The position numbers and the translations under genes are program-made. Under the pieces are notes generated by a model. It was not told the DNA's origin. It searched no databases and saw only the letters and a list, made by a program, of their open reading frames with translations. Of a stretch of 64,000 nt of DNA, positions 39,686 through 53,634 are shown piece by piece. This DNA is from Octopus sinensis. Taxonomy: Eukaryota. Location: positions 40,005-104,004 of the forward strand of contig NW_021832714.1 of the NCBI RefSeq assembly GCF_006345805.1, in the 5' to 3' direction. How positions within the stretch are numbered: position 1 is the stretch's first letter; each line of letters begins with the position of its first letter.

Positions 39686-40950
39686 TTTTTTCCTTCTTTC
39701 TTCAAATTTTCTTCAGTTTCTCGCCGAGTGTTTTCCATACATCTAGGGCAGAGAAGGGCATTTTGTATGCATTCCCAGATTACACGCGCAAATTCACAGA
39801 TAAAATATACATTTAAAAATTAATAAATAAATAAATTCATGGATGGATGTTATTTTCACAGCGATAGTGCTCTTCTCAGTATATGATCCGTTCCAGTTAA
39901 TACGATTTTTTGCACTTCCTGTAGGGATGGTAAGCCTGGAATCATTTTCAAATAGGTTTCAGTACCTTTCTTTATCATTCCTAGAGATCCTACAATCACT
40001 GGTACTGTAGTCGCCTTGAGATGCCACATTTTTTCAATTTCCATTAGCAGGTCTTTATATTTACTAATCTTCTTAAATTCTTTCGCCGCTATATTGTGAT
40101 CACAGGGAATACTCATGTCAATTAATAAACACATCCTTTTTGTCGGATCTTTTATAATGATATCCGGTTTATTGGCTTTTATAGTCCTGTCGGTCTGCAC
40201 GGGGAAGTCCCATAGAATCGACACATTTTCTCCCTCAGTCACAGCTTCAGGATGATGTTTATACCATTTGTCAGCGGTTTTGATTTTATAATGCCGACAT
40301 ATTGTCCAGTGTAAATACTGGCCGACTCTGTCATGTCTTGCTTTATATTCTGCAGGTGCTAAGACTCTACACCCTGAGATTAGGTTGTCTGTTGTTTCAA
40401 TCTCCTCGTTACAGAATCAGCATTTTGGGTCAGCTCCATTTTTCATCACATTGGCTTGGTACTTCCGGGTAAAAAAGCTTTGGTCTTGAGCAGCTAATAT
40501 GAAATCTTCACTCTCTGTTTTTAGCCCTGAACTTCGTAACCATTGGTGCGTGTGTTTCTGGTCGACATCAGCTCGTTTGCTACGGGCCACATACTTGCCA
40601 TCGAGAGGTTTCTGTTCCCATCTGCTAGCTAAATTTTCATGTGCTTTTGTCTTTGCAATTAATTTTATTTTCTTTGCAGCTGCAGTTGGTGCATTTCCTT
40701 CAGCCTGATCAATCTGGTGGGTGTCTAAGAGATCAGCAGCGAATTTTTTGCTCTCTTTGAGAATAGAGTGAAGTCTTTTTAGGTCTTTCGTGTTTTTCAA
40801 CAAGTTTTAGCATCCAACCGTTGGTTGCTTTAAGGTATTTGGCCAGTCCTATTGTGGTGGTTTTGTATGTAAGTTCAAGCTGGATCAAACCTCGACCTCC
40901 CTGACCTCTGGGAAGGTAAAGGCGATCCACATCTGCCTTTGGATGGTGCA
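39686..40950 (-). pseudogene. R4/Dong-like RLE LINE 3' part with 3' UTR
   Basis: HHPKADVDRLYLPRGQGGRGL, WLRSSGLKTESE..AAQDQ, ILWDFPVQTDRTIKANKPDI..KYKDL..VPVIVGSLG; 3' end abuts (TAA)n. Confidence 0.92.
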
Positions 40951-41039
40951 TCTTCTTCTTCTTCTTCTTCTTCTTCTTCTTCTTCATCATCATCATCATC
41001 AACATCGTCATCATCATCATCATCATCATCATCATTATT

Positions 41040-41076
<37 letters not shown>

Positions 41077-41130
41077 ATCATCATCATCGTCATCATCATC
41101 ATCATCATCATTATTATTATTATATTATTA

Positions 41131-41161
<31 letters not shown>

Positions 41162-41184
41162 TATTATCATTATTATTATCATTA

Positions 41185-41215
<31 letters not shown>

Positions 41216-41245
41216 TATTATTATTAATATTATTCTTCTTTTATT

Positions 41246-41347
<102 letters not shown>

Positions 41348-41546
41348 TTAATATCTTTCCATATTGTTAGCCGCTCCCCATAGACAACGGCCCCCTCCCA
41401 TATATAACTGTGTAACTGAAATTCTGTTTAATTTCACCTTTAAATAAACTCACTAAGTCGCGAAAAGAAAATTTTCAATTAGTGTTGCACTTTTCAATCG
41501 TAACCTCTCTCTCTCTCTCTCCACACGCATACACACACACACACAT

Positions 41547-41583
<37 letters not shown>

Positions 41584-41629
41584 CGTATACATACAGATAC
41601 ATTCATACATACATATACATATAAATACG

Positions 41630-41663
<34 letters not shown>

Positions 41664-42518
41664 CATACGCTCATATATATATATATATATACATACATAC
41701 ATACACGCACACACATATATATTATATGTGTGCGTATGTATGTATGTATATATATATATATATGAGCGTTTTATGTATACGTATTTATATGTATACGTGT
41801 ATATGTATGTATGAATGTATCTGTATGTATAGGTATCTATGCGTGTGTGTGTATGTGCATGTGTGTGTGTGTGTGTGTATTTGGGTATTATTAGTTTCCG
41901 ACTTGAACTATGAAGTATGACAAAGTAAATTTCTGACTTTGTTCCACAGTCTGTCGCTAATCAGATCTTAAAGAGCTTCGATAGAATTTTCGCTCTAATT
42001 ATGAAAAATGTCCACCTCCCCCCACCTCACCTACTTATAAAAAAAAAGTCTATATAATAAATCCATGATCGATTAAATTATTGGTTATGTGGAGATATTC
42101 AAATAGCAATACTTGAAGTATTTGATTTTTTGTTTCGAATCGTGTTGCGATGTCGCTTTGTTCTTTCCTTTGTAGCAATTCATTAGAGACATCGACAGGA
42201 AAAAATGTCACAGCGAAGCAAAATGTCTACCATATTGGATTTTTAAACTCTGGGTAATTGTCTCTTCCAATGAAGGTCACCAACTTTTCAGTTCACACCA
42301 GACCTCCACCGACAATGTCACCACGAAACCACCACCAGCACCACCGTCACCACCACCACCACCACCACCACCACCACCACCACCGCCACCGCCTCCGCCG
42401 CCGCCGCCACCACCACCACCACCGCCGCCGCCGCCGCAACCACCACCACCACCACCACCGTCACCACCAGCACCACCGTCACCACCGTCACCACCGTCAC
42501 CACAGCACCACCGTCACC

Positions 42519-42549
<31 letters not shown>

Positions 42550-42656
42550 CCACCACCACCACCACCACCACCACCAGCACCACCACCACCACCACCAACA
42601 ACAACAGCAGCAACAGCTACAACAACGATAGTAACAACAACGACGACGACGACGAC

Positions 42657-43560
42657 GACACCAGAAGACCTCTGTTGCAATTTGGGAGCTGCTACAGCAA
42701 GGGGACACCAGAAGACCTCTGTTGCAATTTGGGAGCTGCTACAGCAAGGGGACACCAGAAGACCTCTGTTGCAATTTGGGAGCTGCTACAGCAAGGGGAC
42801 ACCAGAAGACCTCTGTTGCAATTTGGGAGCTGCTACAGCAAGGGGACACCAGAAGACCTCTGTTGCAATTTGGGAGCTGCTACAGCAAGGGGACACCAGA
42901 AGACCTCTGTTGCAATTTGGGAGCTGCTACAGCAAGGGGACACCAGAAGACCTCTGTTGCAATTTGGGAGCTGCTACAGCAAGGGGACACCAGAAGACCT
43001 CTGTTTCCATTTTGGAGCTGCTACAGCAAGGGGACACCAGAAGACCTCTGTTGCATTTGGGAGCTGCTACAGCAGCAAGGGACACCAGAAGACCTCTGTT
43101 GCAATTTGGGAGCTGCTACAGCAAGGGGACACCAGAAGACCTCTGTTGCAATTTGGGTGCTGCTACAGCAAGGGGACACCAGAAGACCTCTGTTGCAATT
43201 TGGGAGCTGCTACAGCAAGGGACACCAGAAGACCTCTGTTGCAATTTGGGAGCTGCTACAGCAAGGACACCAGAAGACCTCTGTTGCAATTTGGGAGCTG
43301 CTACAGCAAGGGGACACCAGAAGACCTCTGTGCAATTGGGGCTGCTACAGCAAGGGGACACCAGAAGACCTCTGTTGCAATTTGGGAGCTGCTACAGCAA
43401 GGGGACACCAGAAGACCTCTGTTGCAATTTGGGAGCTGCTACAGCAAGGGGACACCAGAAGACCTCTGTTGCAATTTGGGAGCTGCTACAGCAAGGAGAC
43501 ACCAGAAGACCTCTGTTGCAATTTGGGAGCTGCTACAACAAAGGGACCCAGAAGACCCCT
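42657..43560. repeat. 47-bp minisatellite, about 19 copies
   Basis: Unit gacaccagaagacctctgttgcaatttgggagctgctacagcaaggg, highly homogeneous, no spacers. Confidence 0.97.
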
Positions 43561-44268
43561 ATTGTAATGCGGGTGTTAATATATATATATACCACCTAAG
43601 AAAGAAGATACGAGAAGAATTTTGGGCGGAGCTAAATTAAAAATAAGAAACTTATGAGCAAGTTCTATGATGGCCTTGACTTGTCAATGCGACAAAGCCT
43701 GCCTTGGAACTCATTGGTTTAGCCCAGAGAAATGCAATACCACAGCATCTGCTGGCAGTTTGGATGCAAGCGTTGTCGGAAGAAAAGTAACTGCCAAATT
43801 GATATTGGTTACCACCTAAATGGACTCCTCTCTCCTCTCATATGTTTCTCTCGGGGTTCCTTTTCTGTAACACCTTCCACAATCTCTAGCACTCTCGAGA
43901 CAATGAGACTAAGGGCATGTTGATGGGTACCAAATGACGAACGTACCAAAACATCTTTTGAGTAGACAATCAGTGAGTCCTCGATAAGATTTTTTCGGAT
44001 CTGGGAAGACCTTCGCTTCTCGTATGCTTTCACGGTGAGGTTTTTATACTGGGAGGTGTGCGGGTGGGGATGTTAATTACGGACTCGGCAACATTTCGGT
44101 GGAGCTCTGCAAAGTGAGACAGCTACACGTCGGCACACTCTAGGCATTTATTGCCGCGAACATGAATATATTAATGTATACGGAAACATGGATTTGGAGA
44201 TTCATGTTATAACATTATAAAAGATTTGTGGTTAACCAGCAGTCGTGATGGTCGTGGTGGTGATGATA

Positions 44269-44302
<34 letters not shown>

Positions 44303-45234
44303 CGACGACGACTGTCGATTGATGACTATATATACGACTGACGGCGATGGTGATGACAACAACGATGACGACGAAAATGGAGATGACAGATGACATTGAT
44401 GGTGGTAGTAGTGTTGAAAATGAGGATGATGATGAGGAGGGGGAGGAGGAGGAGGAGGAGGAGAAGAAAGGTGGCGCTGATAGTGGTGACAGTGTTGTTA
44501 CTGCTGTTGCTGTTGCCGATGATGACGTCAGTGGCGATAGTGATACTAATTATGATAAGGTTGAGTCTGATAATGGGGTGGATAATGTTGCTGTTGTTAT
44601 TGAAGATACACTGATGATTATAATGATGATGATGATGATGATGGTGATGAAGGGGAAGAGGAGGGGTGGGAGGCTGTGGGCAGTAAAGTTCCCCCTCTTC
44701 CTTCATCATTTATGTCTCTTCAAGAAACAAAAGAAATTTGAAAACTGACAGATTGAAACAGTCTTGTTGTTATGGTTGTTGTTGTTGTTGTTGTTTTAAC
44801 CCTAGGTCAACGCTGACAGAATCCTATGATGAAAATCATTCAAACCATGACCATCTCATCGATTTAGGGAAACCAGGACCACAACATCAACCTCTATAAA
44901 AATTAAGAGGACAGGAAAGATTTGGCTGCTATTTCTAGCAGCGGGAAAACTCCCTAAAGACTCGGGGTTAAAACGATCTCTCCGCCCTGTTCCCTAAAGC
45001 AAACAACAACCAAGGGTTTCACTGTAATGTCACGTTGACCTCGCTAAACCCCTTTTGCTTTAATATATTCCACACATCCCAGACTAGTTGGGGCCTTAGG
45101 GATATTAGTGGTGGGGGTGTTTGTGAGTGGAAGAGTGAGAGAGAGAGAGGGAGTGAGAGGGGTTGTGTACTTATGTGTATGTTCCTGTGTTGGAGAATAT
45201 ATATATATACACACACAGACACACACACACACAC

Positions 45235-45265
<31 letters not shown>

Positions 45266-45506
45266 AGTGTTTAGAATTTGGTTTTAGTGCTGTCATGTTT
45301 TCTCTTCTTAAACTAAAACATGCCTGTTCACCCTATCGCGCCCTTCCTCCCACCGTTCCTCACTCCCTCCCTAATATCTCCCGTTCCTTCCTCTGTCCTT
45401 CTTCTCCCTTTGTCTATTCTCTGCTCCTCTCTCTCCTTTCCCTTACCCCCCCCACCCCTCAATCTCAAACACACACATAGCCATGCACGCACACACGCAC
45501 TGATAC

Positions 45507-45555
<49 letters not shown>

Positions 45556-45945
45556 ACTGTACTGAAACAAGCGTGCAGAAAAGTACATATGCGCAAGCAG
45601 GAACGTATACACGCATCCATACACACATGTATTTATGTGTGTAGGCACAGAGAACCATAGCGCTCCCTCTTCAACCGAAATAATCCCAACGCAGGCGCAC
45701 GCATATTTACACATACATATGCATAAACACACACACACATATATATATATATACATATATACAAACATGCATGCACACACACACACGTGCATATATATAT
45801 ATTATATATATACACACATATACACAACCAATCCTCACACGAAAGTAATTTCAATCTATAATCATTGTTTTGACAAACCACAAATTGTCTAAGTGCAGAT
45901 TTGATGTATGTACCACCACCACCACCACCACTGCTACTGCTGCTG

Positions 45946-45978
<33 letters not shown>

Positions 45979-46095
45979 ATACTACTACTACTACTACCAC
46001 AATTACTGATACAACCAATGGTATCATAACTATTATCGCCACTACCACCATTACCAATATCGCTACAACTATCATCATATCAATCATCATAATCG

Positions 46096-46136
<41 letters not shown>

Positions 46137-46987
46137 GTCATCATCGTCACCATTATCGTCGTCATCATCATCGTCACCATTATCGTCGTCGTCGTCGTCG
46201 TCGTCATCCTCCTCCTCCTCCTCCTCCTCCTCATCATCATCATCATCATCGTCGTCATCACCATCATCACCATCATCGTCACCATCGTCACCATTATTAT
46301 CGTCATCATCATCATCATCCTCATCATCATCATCCTCATCATCATCATCATCATCCTCATCATCTCCACAACCTTCCTCAATGTTCTCAGCCTCAATTCT
46401 TGCAGCTGCGGCCATTGATATATCTGTTCACATTTCACAAGAACTCATATGAAAGGTTGAAAGAAAAGGTGTAATTAATAAACGCACACACACACACACA
46501 CACACACAGACGCATGTATGCACATACACATACGTACACACAGGCACTAATTTTTACATACAACCTGCACTGGCATGACACTTCCTTCATCAGCTGTTGT
46601 CTGGAAGTCATAGTGGTTTCGACACCTTCCGACAATATTCTTCCTGCCAATCAACGTTGACGTTATTCAGGAACGTCTGGATTCTTTCGGCCTAATACTG
46701 TGGCAAGTCTATTTCCTCATCTCCCCCCCGCCCCCTTATAGTCATGACACCAAACTGGGTGCAGCTGTTAGAAACTGCAACCAGGCAGCAACAATTCGGT
46801 TTTACTTCTCCCTCGGGATTTTTTCTCCACACTCAGTTCTGTTTTATCTCTCGTATATGTTTCTACTGTTTCCATGACGAGACGCCTTATCGTTCTTTCT
46901 TTCTTTCTTTCTTGTTTGTTTGTTGTTTGTTTGTTTCTTTCTTTCTCTTTCTTTCTTTTTCTCCCACTTTCTCTCCGCCCATCTCTC

Positions 46988-47032
<45 letters not shown>

Positions 47033-47096
47033 TTTTACTCGTTTATTCTCTTACTTGTTTCAGTCATTTGACTGCGGCCATGCTGGAGCACCACCT

Positions 47097-47175
<79 letters not shown>

Positions 47176-47176
47176 C

Positions 47177-47265
<89 letters not shown>

Positions 47266-47349
47266 GTGTTGTGGTGTGTGTGTTGTGTGTGTGTGTGTAC
47301 CACTGAACGCAAACACGTTTTCTTTCACTCTCTCTCTCTCTCTCTCTTT

Positions 47350-47487
47350 ATTTCCTCTTATTCCTTTCTGTCGAAGAGTGTAGATCCAAAACGCAAATGA
47401 GTTTTCAATTTTTTCCCACGTCGTCAAACTAATACACTTGCTTGTTGTTCCTACACCTGTCTTCGTCTTTTGTTTTCTATAAATTTG

Positions 47488-47492
<5 letters not shown>
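47350..47492 (+). mobile_element. Degenerate family A pLTR module
   Basis: ctttctgtcgaagagtgtag..cacctgtcttcgtcttttg followed by (TA)n. Confidence 0.6.
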
Positions 47493-47532
<40 letters not shown>

Positions 47533-47571
47533 ATATATATATAATAATATATATATATAATAATCTTTTAT

Positions 47572-47942
47572 CTTTATATGTTTCAGTCATTAAACTGAAC
47601 CGTGTTGGAACATCGCCTTGAAGAATTTTAGTTGAATGAATCGATACCAGAATTTTTTTTGTACTTATTCTCTCGGGTCTTTTTTCGAACATATTTATAC
47701 GGAGTTATGCGGACGTAAACACACCAATACCGGTTATCAAGCGGTGATGGGGTGGGGACAAGTGCAAGATACACATACAGACAGACAGACACACACACAC
47801 CTAGATACACACACATACTTACACACATATACACACACATACACACACGACAGCTTCGTTCAGTTTCCGTCTGCTAAATTCACTCGAGGCGATAGTGGAA
47901 GACAGTTGCCCAGGGTGACACGCAGTGGGACTGAACCCGGAG
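47572..47942 (-). mobile_element. SINE family 2
   Basis: Reverse complement of head, core and tail. Confidence 0.8.
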
Positions 47943-48100
47943 ATGAAAAGATGAAACCCGAGATGAATGCAAGATCCGCCGTTTGCAAAGTTGTTCCTTC
48001 GGGGAAAATTTGAAATGAGAGAATTGAATGAGACACAGGAGAGTTCTACATCTTCCAAGTTAAAAAAACAAAACAAACCGGCTGTATATATCCCAACGCG

Positions 48101-48136
<36 letters not shown>

Positions 48137-48245
48137 ACACACACACACAATATACACACATATATATGTATATGTGTGTATATATATGTATATGTGTGTA
48201 TATATATATATATGTAAACTATATATATATATAGTATATGTATAT

Positions 48246-48276
<31 letters not shown>

Positions 48277-48367
48277 AAATATTATTTGAGACAAAACCAC
48301 TATTTTGCAAAACAAACAAGGAAAGACTTAATCAATACATAAAATTTAATAAATAGTAAAAAAACCG

Positions 48368-48409
48368 CCACTACAATCGTTTCTTGTCTTGTCGACAATC
48401 TTCAGGTGG
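48368..48409 (-). ncRNA. Type I hammerhead ribozyme
   Basis: CCAC-CTGAAGA-TTGTC-GACAA-GACAA-GAA-AC-GATT-GT-A-GTGG. Confidence 0.82.
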
Positions 48410-48451
48410 ACTTCCAATAATTCAGTTACAAATTATTGAATTATTGGAAGT

Positions 48452-48495
48452 CCACCTGAAGATTGTCGATCAAGACAAGAAAACGATTGTAGTGG
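48452..48495 (+). ncRNA. Type I hammerhead ribozyme (mirror copy, one extra A)
   Basis: CCAC-CTGAAGA-TTGTC-GATCAA-GACAA-GAAA-ACGATTGT-A-GTGG. Confidence 0.72.
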
Positions 48496-49342
48496 CGGTT
48501 TTTGACTATTATTAAATTTTATGTATTGATTAAGTCTTCCTTGTTTGTTTGCAAAATAGTGGTTTTGTCTCAAATAATATTTTATAATATTTTACTATAA
48601 AATTGGATTAATCCTAAATCTGATTTTTTTCCCTGTAAATTTGGATATATTCCTAATATTTATTATTATATATATATAATATATATATATATATGTAAAT
48701 CTCTCTATTATATATATGTATATGTGTGTATATATATGTAAATCTATTTATAAATATTTCAGTTCTTTCCCTTTTACTCACACATACGTACATGTATATA
48801 CATATACACACATGCATACATAGATACATACATACATACATACATACATACATACATACATACATACATACATAAATACATACATATATTACCGTGATCA
48901 CCGTGACCGACCAGATTATCAGATGTTGCTACACATCGCTGGTCACAATGCGCTTCGCTTTGTTTTAGCCTTCAAATGACGCCGCCCCGCTGGCTAAGCG
49001 ATCAGGCCAACATACACACACACACACACACACAAAAAACACACACACACACATATACATACCTATACACACATATACATACCTACACACACAAACATAT
49101 GCAAAAGCTGTTACTCGCTTATAGCTCCCTCTAGAGTATTAATGTGACATCTTTTATCTTTTACTCCAAGGTCAAAATTCTCTTACAAGTTGCATTATAA
49201 TCTACTTTAGTCGTTAATCCTATGTGAATACGTTTCTAATCCTGTGAACAGAATAGTCTGCTAAATACACATATACATGCCACTACACACTCTTACACAC
49301 AGACACACACACTGACTTAAATATGCATCCATCGACGCGCGC

Positions 49343-49379
<37 letters not shown>

Positions 49380-49649
49380 CACTGCAAATTGTCTGATTTT
49401 CCCTTAGAGACGACATGAAATTCTCTGTGACAATATGAAGAATCTGTCTTGCAGAAAAGGGAGAAGCACAAAGAACAAAGCTTCATTAATTTTTTCTTTT
49501 GCAATTTCTTCCGTAGACCTCAACTCAGCAAAATGCATTATTTATTGCTGGATTTTGTTTTTCAGTTCTGCTGGATTCAGGTCATGTGACTGTGGCCATA
49601 CTGTGGCACTGTATTTATTTTATCCGAGACAATCGTCGGCGTATGTGAT

Positions 49650-49835
49650 GACGTCATAAGTGGGTTGATGACGTAAAACAGTGGATCGGTAAACCATTAT
49701 AGGAACCACTTAGTAGGAACTCTCTGAGACTGGCCGCAGGGATGAAATAGTAGCAGAAATGTCACAAGAAGTCGTTAGTTGACTATCTTTGGGGAATTGA
49801 GAGATAAAAGGTCGCAGCTTAAACATGGACACGGA
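49650..49835 (+). pseudogene. RTE LINE extreme 3' end
   Basis: RHKWVDDVKQWIG and VTRSR motifs. Confidence 0.5.
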
Positions 49836-49854
49836 TATACACACATACACACAT

Positions 49855-49916
<62 letters not shown>

Positions 49917-50061
49917 TACACACACACACACAAATTACTAACCTGTACACACCTACGCACCCAGGCACTCACTATTTTTCTTTCGTTTTTTAAACACTTA
50001 CACCTACACACAGCTACTTTCGCATTTAAGCAACTGTCTTCTACTTGTTTCAGTCATTTGA

Positions 50062-50137
<76 letters not shown>

Positions 50138-50156
50138 ATATCTATCTATCTATCTA

Positions 50157-50195
<39 letters not shown>

Positions 50196-50199
50196 TATT

Positions 50200-50378
50200 C
50201 AAAATGTGACCGCGTGTGTACTGTTGGAGTCTTTCCTTCCTTGGATCTTCCTTTTCCTATGTTTCTGACGAAGAGATCCGCTCGAAACGTAAATCCCCCT
50301 TCTTTCTTTCCTTTCCTGAGCGTCCAATAACACTATACTTGTTCCACGTCCTCACGTGTTGTGTTTTCATGTTTAGAT

Positions 50379-50383
<5 letters not shown>
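50200..50383 (+). mobile_element. Family B pLTR module with hammerhead at 50261-50294
   Basis: GTTT-CTGACGA-A-GAG-ATCCG-CTC-GAA-ACGT-A-AAT; TA tracts on both sides. Confidence 0.75.
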
Positions 50384-50435
<52 letters not shown>

Positions 50436-50535
50436 CAGGGTGAATACTTGATAACTGTAAGCACCTGTATATGCCAGTTAGTGGTGTAGGTGATAGGGTA
50501 TATTTATCAAAAGAAAACAGGATGCAAAGGATTTA

Positions 50536-50622
50536 GCGGTACATATGTTTCTGGCTTTATTAGACGGTTTATACCAATGCATAATTGATGTAATATGTAT
50601 GTCAATAGCCTTCTTCAGCCGC
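50536..50622 (-). ncRNA. Type I hammerhead with 60-nt stem II (mirror copy)
   Basis: Reverse complement of 50907-50993. Confidence 0.8.
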
Positions 50623-50906
50623 GCACAATTACTACTCCAAGGACATGTATTACATTATAAGTTTGAGAAAAAGACGAGTTTCGTTGGGGATGCAAATCCT
50701 CATAGTCGCATACAGCAGAGCGAGACACCAAAACAAAAACAAAGCGTCCATACCGTTTTTCACTCGATATAGAATGAGGAGGTTGTTTGTTTTTGTTTTG
50801 GTGTCTCGCTCTGCTGTATGCGACTATGAGGATTTGCATCCCCAACGAAACTCGTCTTTTTCCCAAACTTATAATGTAATACATGTCCTTGGAGTAGTAA
50901 TTGTGC

Positions 50907-50993
50907 GCGGCTGAAGAAGGCTATTGACATACATATTACATCAATTATGCATTGGTATAAACCGTCTAATAAAGCCAGAAACATATGTACCGC
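50907..50993 (+). ncRNA. Type I hammerhead with 60-nt stem II
   Basis: GCGG-CTGAAGA-AGGCT-ATT-GAC..GTC-T-AAT-AA-AGCC-A-GAA-ACATATGT-A-CCGC; predicted cleavage after 50989. Confidence 0.8.
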
Positions 50994-51065
50994 TAAATCC
51001 TTTGCATCCTGTTTTTCTTTTGATATAATATATATATATATATATATATAACCCCTATCTCAATT

Positions 51066-51098
<33 letters not shown>

Positions 51099-51284
51099 CA
51101 CATATATATATATATATATATATATAACACATATATATGTATAGAGAAGACGGTAGGTCTCATAACTGGAGGCTTGAGCCAAATGCTTGTAAAAAGGGGT
51201 TCCACTGAAGATACTCAAGAAGCCAGTCGATGATATAAAACCGGGAAATGGATTAAGTTTACGTAGCACTATTCCATTCTTTTG

Positions 51285-51490
51285 AGGCGGCGAGCTGGCA
51301 GAATCGTTAGCACGCTGGATAAAACGCTCGGCGGCATCTCATCCGTCTTTGTTCTGAGTTCAAATTCCGCAGAGGAATTATCCTTTCGGTATCGATAAAA
51401 TAAGTATGAATTGAGAACTGGGGTTGATATAATCGACTATCACCCCACTAACAAAATTTCAGGCATTGTACCTATAATAGAAAGGATTAT
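51285..51490 (+). mobile_element. SINE family 1 (variant tail)
   Basis: ggcggcgagctggcagaatcg head and core. Confidence 0.8.
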
Positions 51491-51772
51491 TATGATAACC
51501 TGGTGATTAATTCAATCTATAATCTTGTTTAAGCCCAAGTCATCTCTAATCAAGCAAATCTAATACAAAATCGTTTCAACAATGACCATCTTCCCTTTTT
51601 CAAATAAATTACTCTATACAATCATTATTCAATGGCACCCTTCCTTTTTAAGATGCTACGTTGTGATATGAGGAAAATTCGGCTGCTAATTCTGTGAATA
51701 CAAGTGGCCATAAAGAGTGTCCCTTCACACAGAATTGAGAGTTAAGGTATAAATAAAAGGTATAAATAAAAA

Positions 51773-52010
51773 GGCGGCGAGCTGGCAGAAACGTTAGCAC
51801 GCCGGGCGAAATGCGTAGCTGTATTTCATCTGCCGTTACGTTCTGAGTTCAAATTCCGCCGAGGTCGACTTTGCCTTTCATCATTTCGGGGTCGATTAAA
51901 TAAGTACCAGTTACGCACTGGCGTCGATATAATCGATTTAATCCGTTTGTCTGTCCTTGTTTGTCCCTTCTCTGTGTTTAGCCCCCTGGTGGGTAGTAAA
52001 GAAATAGGTA
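51773..52010 (+). mobile_element. SINE family 1, full length
   Basis: Head, core and tail; flanked by ggtataaataaa duplication. Confidence 0.9.
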
Positions 52011-52138
52011 TAAATAAATGAATAAATAAATAAATAAACAGCATTCTTGAGTTGAAATCTCATCATGCCGATTGGTTCTGCGTTTACAGTTTACCAGTTT
52101 TAGTTGGGTCTGACCCAATCTATTTTCTATATTCCCTG

Positions 52139-52325
52139 CAGGGCCGGTTTTATGCCAATTAGACAAATTTGTTTAAATTGGGCCCCGCACCAAGATAGGG
52201 CCCCGCTCCAAGAGAGGGCCCTGCGCCAAGAAAGGGCCCCACGCACACACACACGCAAGCGTAGGACGCTACGATGACTTTTTAGTATATCATTGTGACT
52301 GATATACTTCTCAGCACCGACCCTG
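52139..52325. mobile_element. hAT-like MITE (internally deleted)
   Basis: cagggccgg..accgaccctg ends; related to 52647-52927. Confidence 0.7.
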
Positions 52326-52646
52326 TTCCCGGTACATATTCCCCAATAGATGTTTGGAAGTGACCCAACCTAATTTATTTATTCTCCTATAGATATTCGG
52401 AACTGATCCAGTCCTCTTTATAAATTCAAAAAACAAACATCAAAGGTTGTCTTCGGACCATAGTCACTTTAGGCCATTTTTACAGCTTGTGTGGTGTATA
52501 TCTTTCCCCTGTGGATACTGGGTCAGCACAAGATTACTCAGTTTTGCCAGCCTAGTGGACTGGTGCAACGTGAAATGAAATGGTTTGCTCAAGAACACAA
52601 GCCACCATGCGGTAGATACAAGTGTCTAAATGAGTTACATACATTC

Positions 52647-52927
52647 CAGGGCCACTTTAAAGCCAATTAGACTAATTTGTTTAAATCGGACCCCTCACCA
52701 AGAGGGGACATCGCGCACACAGTCGAGTGGGGGGGGGGCGCTATGATGAAATTTTAGTATATCATTGTGGATAATGGTGAAACCTCAAGCCCTCAATGAT
52801 TTCATTTTTTTTTGCTGGGACTGGCGTACTACACGATTCGTAAAGCATCAATCTCCAGTTTTATGTAGAGTAGAGGGCTCCACTGACAATTCTCTAATTG
52901 GACACCGCGCTCCCTAGCGCCGGCCTG
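52647..52927. mobile_element. hAT-like MITE
   Basis: cagggcc..ggcctg ends; 8-bp TSD atacattc/ttacattc. Confidence 0.78.
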
Positions 52928-53244
52928 TTACATTCATGTAACTTTGAAGTGGGAATATGTACGAAGGACTGATTCATTTATTGAGCTCTATCGCACCTTG
53001 TCTTAGATGAGGATTATACTGCATACTCGAGTGGTTTGTCCGGTGTCAGGTCGAGCGTGACCAAAACTATGCATTTAAGGGAGTGATGAATGCTCAGTAA
53101 ACGTCTACGCAAAATGATTTAGTTATGAAACATTAGGGTTGCAAATATATAATGAAAAATAACAAATATATTTATAATATATACAGGAAGCTATATAAAC
53201 GCGTTGTAACAAAAACAACGATGATATTAATAATAATGATGATG

Positions 53245-53312
<68 letters not shown>

Positions 53313-53314
<2 letters not shown>

Positions 53315-53558
53315 GTGCAAGAAGTGCAAAAGATTGTCTTAACTGGTACATCACACGTATTGAGAAGAGCATTGTCGATGTGAGAACTTGCTGCTCATGT
53401 ATTTTAATTTAACTTAAAAAAATTTTTTTTTTTAAATGAACGAACTATTGAGTTTGGGTTAATGGCCTACCAATGTATACTATGAGTTTCTTTGCCCTAG
53501 GAGTCGGGAAGACACTCGGCAAGAAATGGAAGCGAATTTGAAAGAAGAAAAAAATTGT
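53313..53558 (+). mobile_element. 5'-truncated R4/Dong-like LINE inside (TAA)n
   Basis: QEVQKIVLTGTSHVLRRALSM* plus a 3' UTR similar to 39686-39860; (TAA)n on both sides. Confidence 0.85.
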
Positions 53559-53602
53559 AATAATAATAATAATAATAATAATATAATAATAATAATATAA
53601 TG

Positions 53603-53634
<32 letters not shown>

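Larger units (their letters stand above)
48273..48586. repeat. Fold-back module (~150-bp arms, 12-nt loop) between TA tracts
   Basis: 48273-48424 versus 48437-48586. Confidence 0.95.
50505..51025. repeat. Fold-back module (~240-bp near-perfect arms, 42-nt spacer)
   Basis: 50505-50743 versus 50786-51025. Confidence 0.97.

Noticed and set aside
42657-43560. CRISPR-like array or 460-aa repeat protein
   Set aside because: Units are head-to-tail with no unique spacers, there are no cas genes, and the ORFs arise because the 47-bp unit lacks stop codons
50545-50984. Paired 75-89 aa ORFs on opposite strands
   Set aside because: A consequence of the inverted repeat; no protein motif
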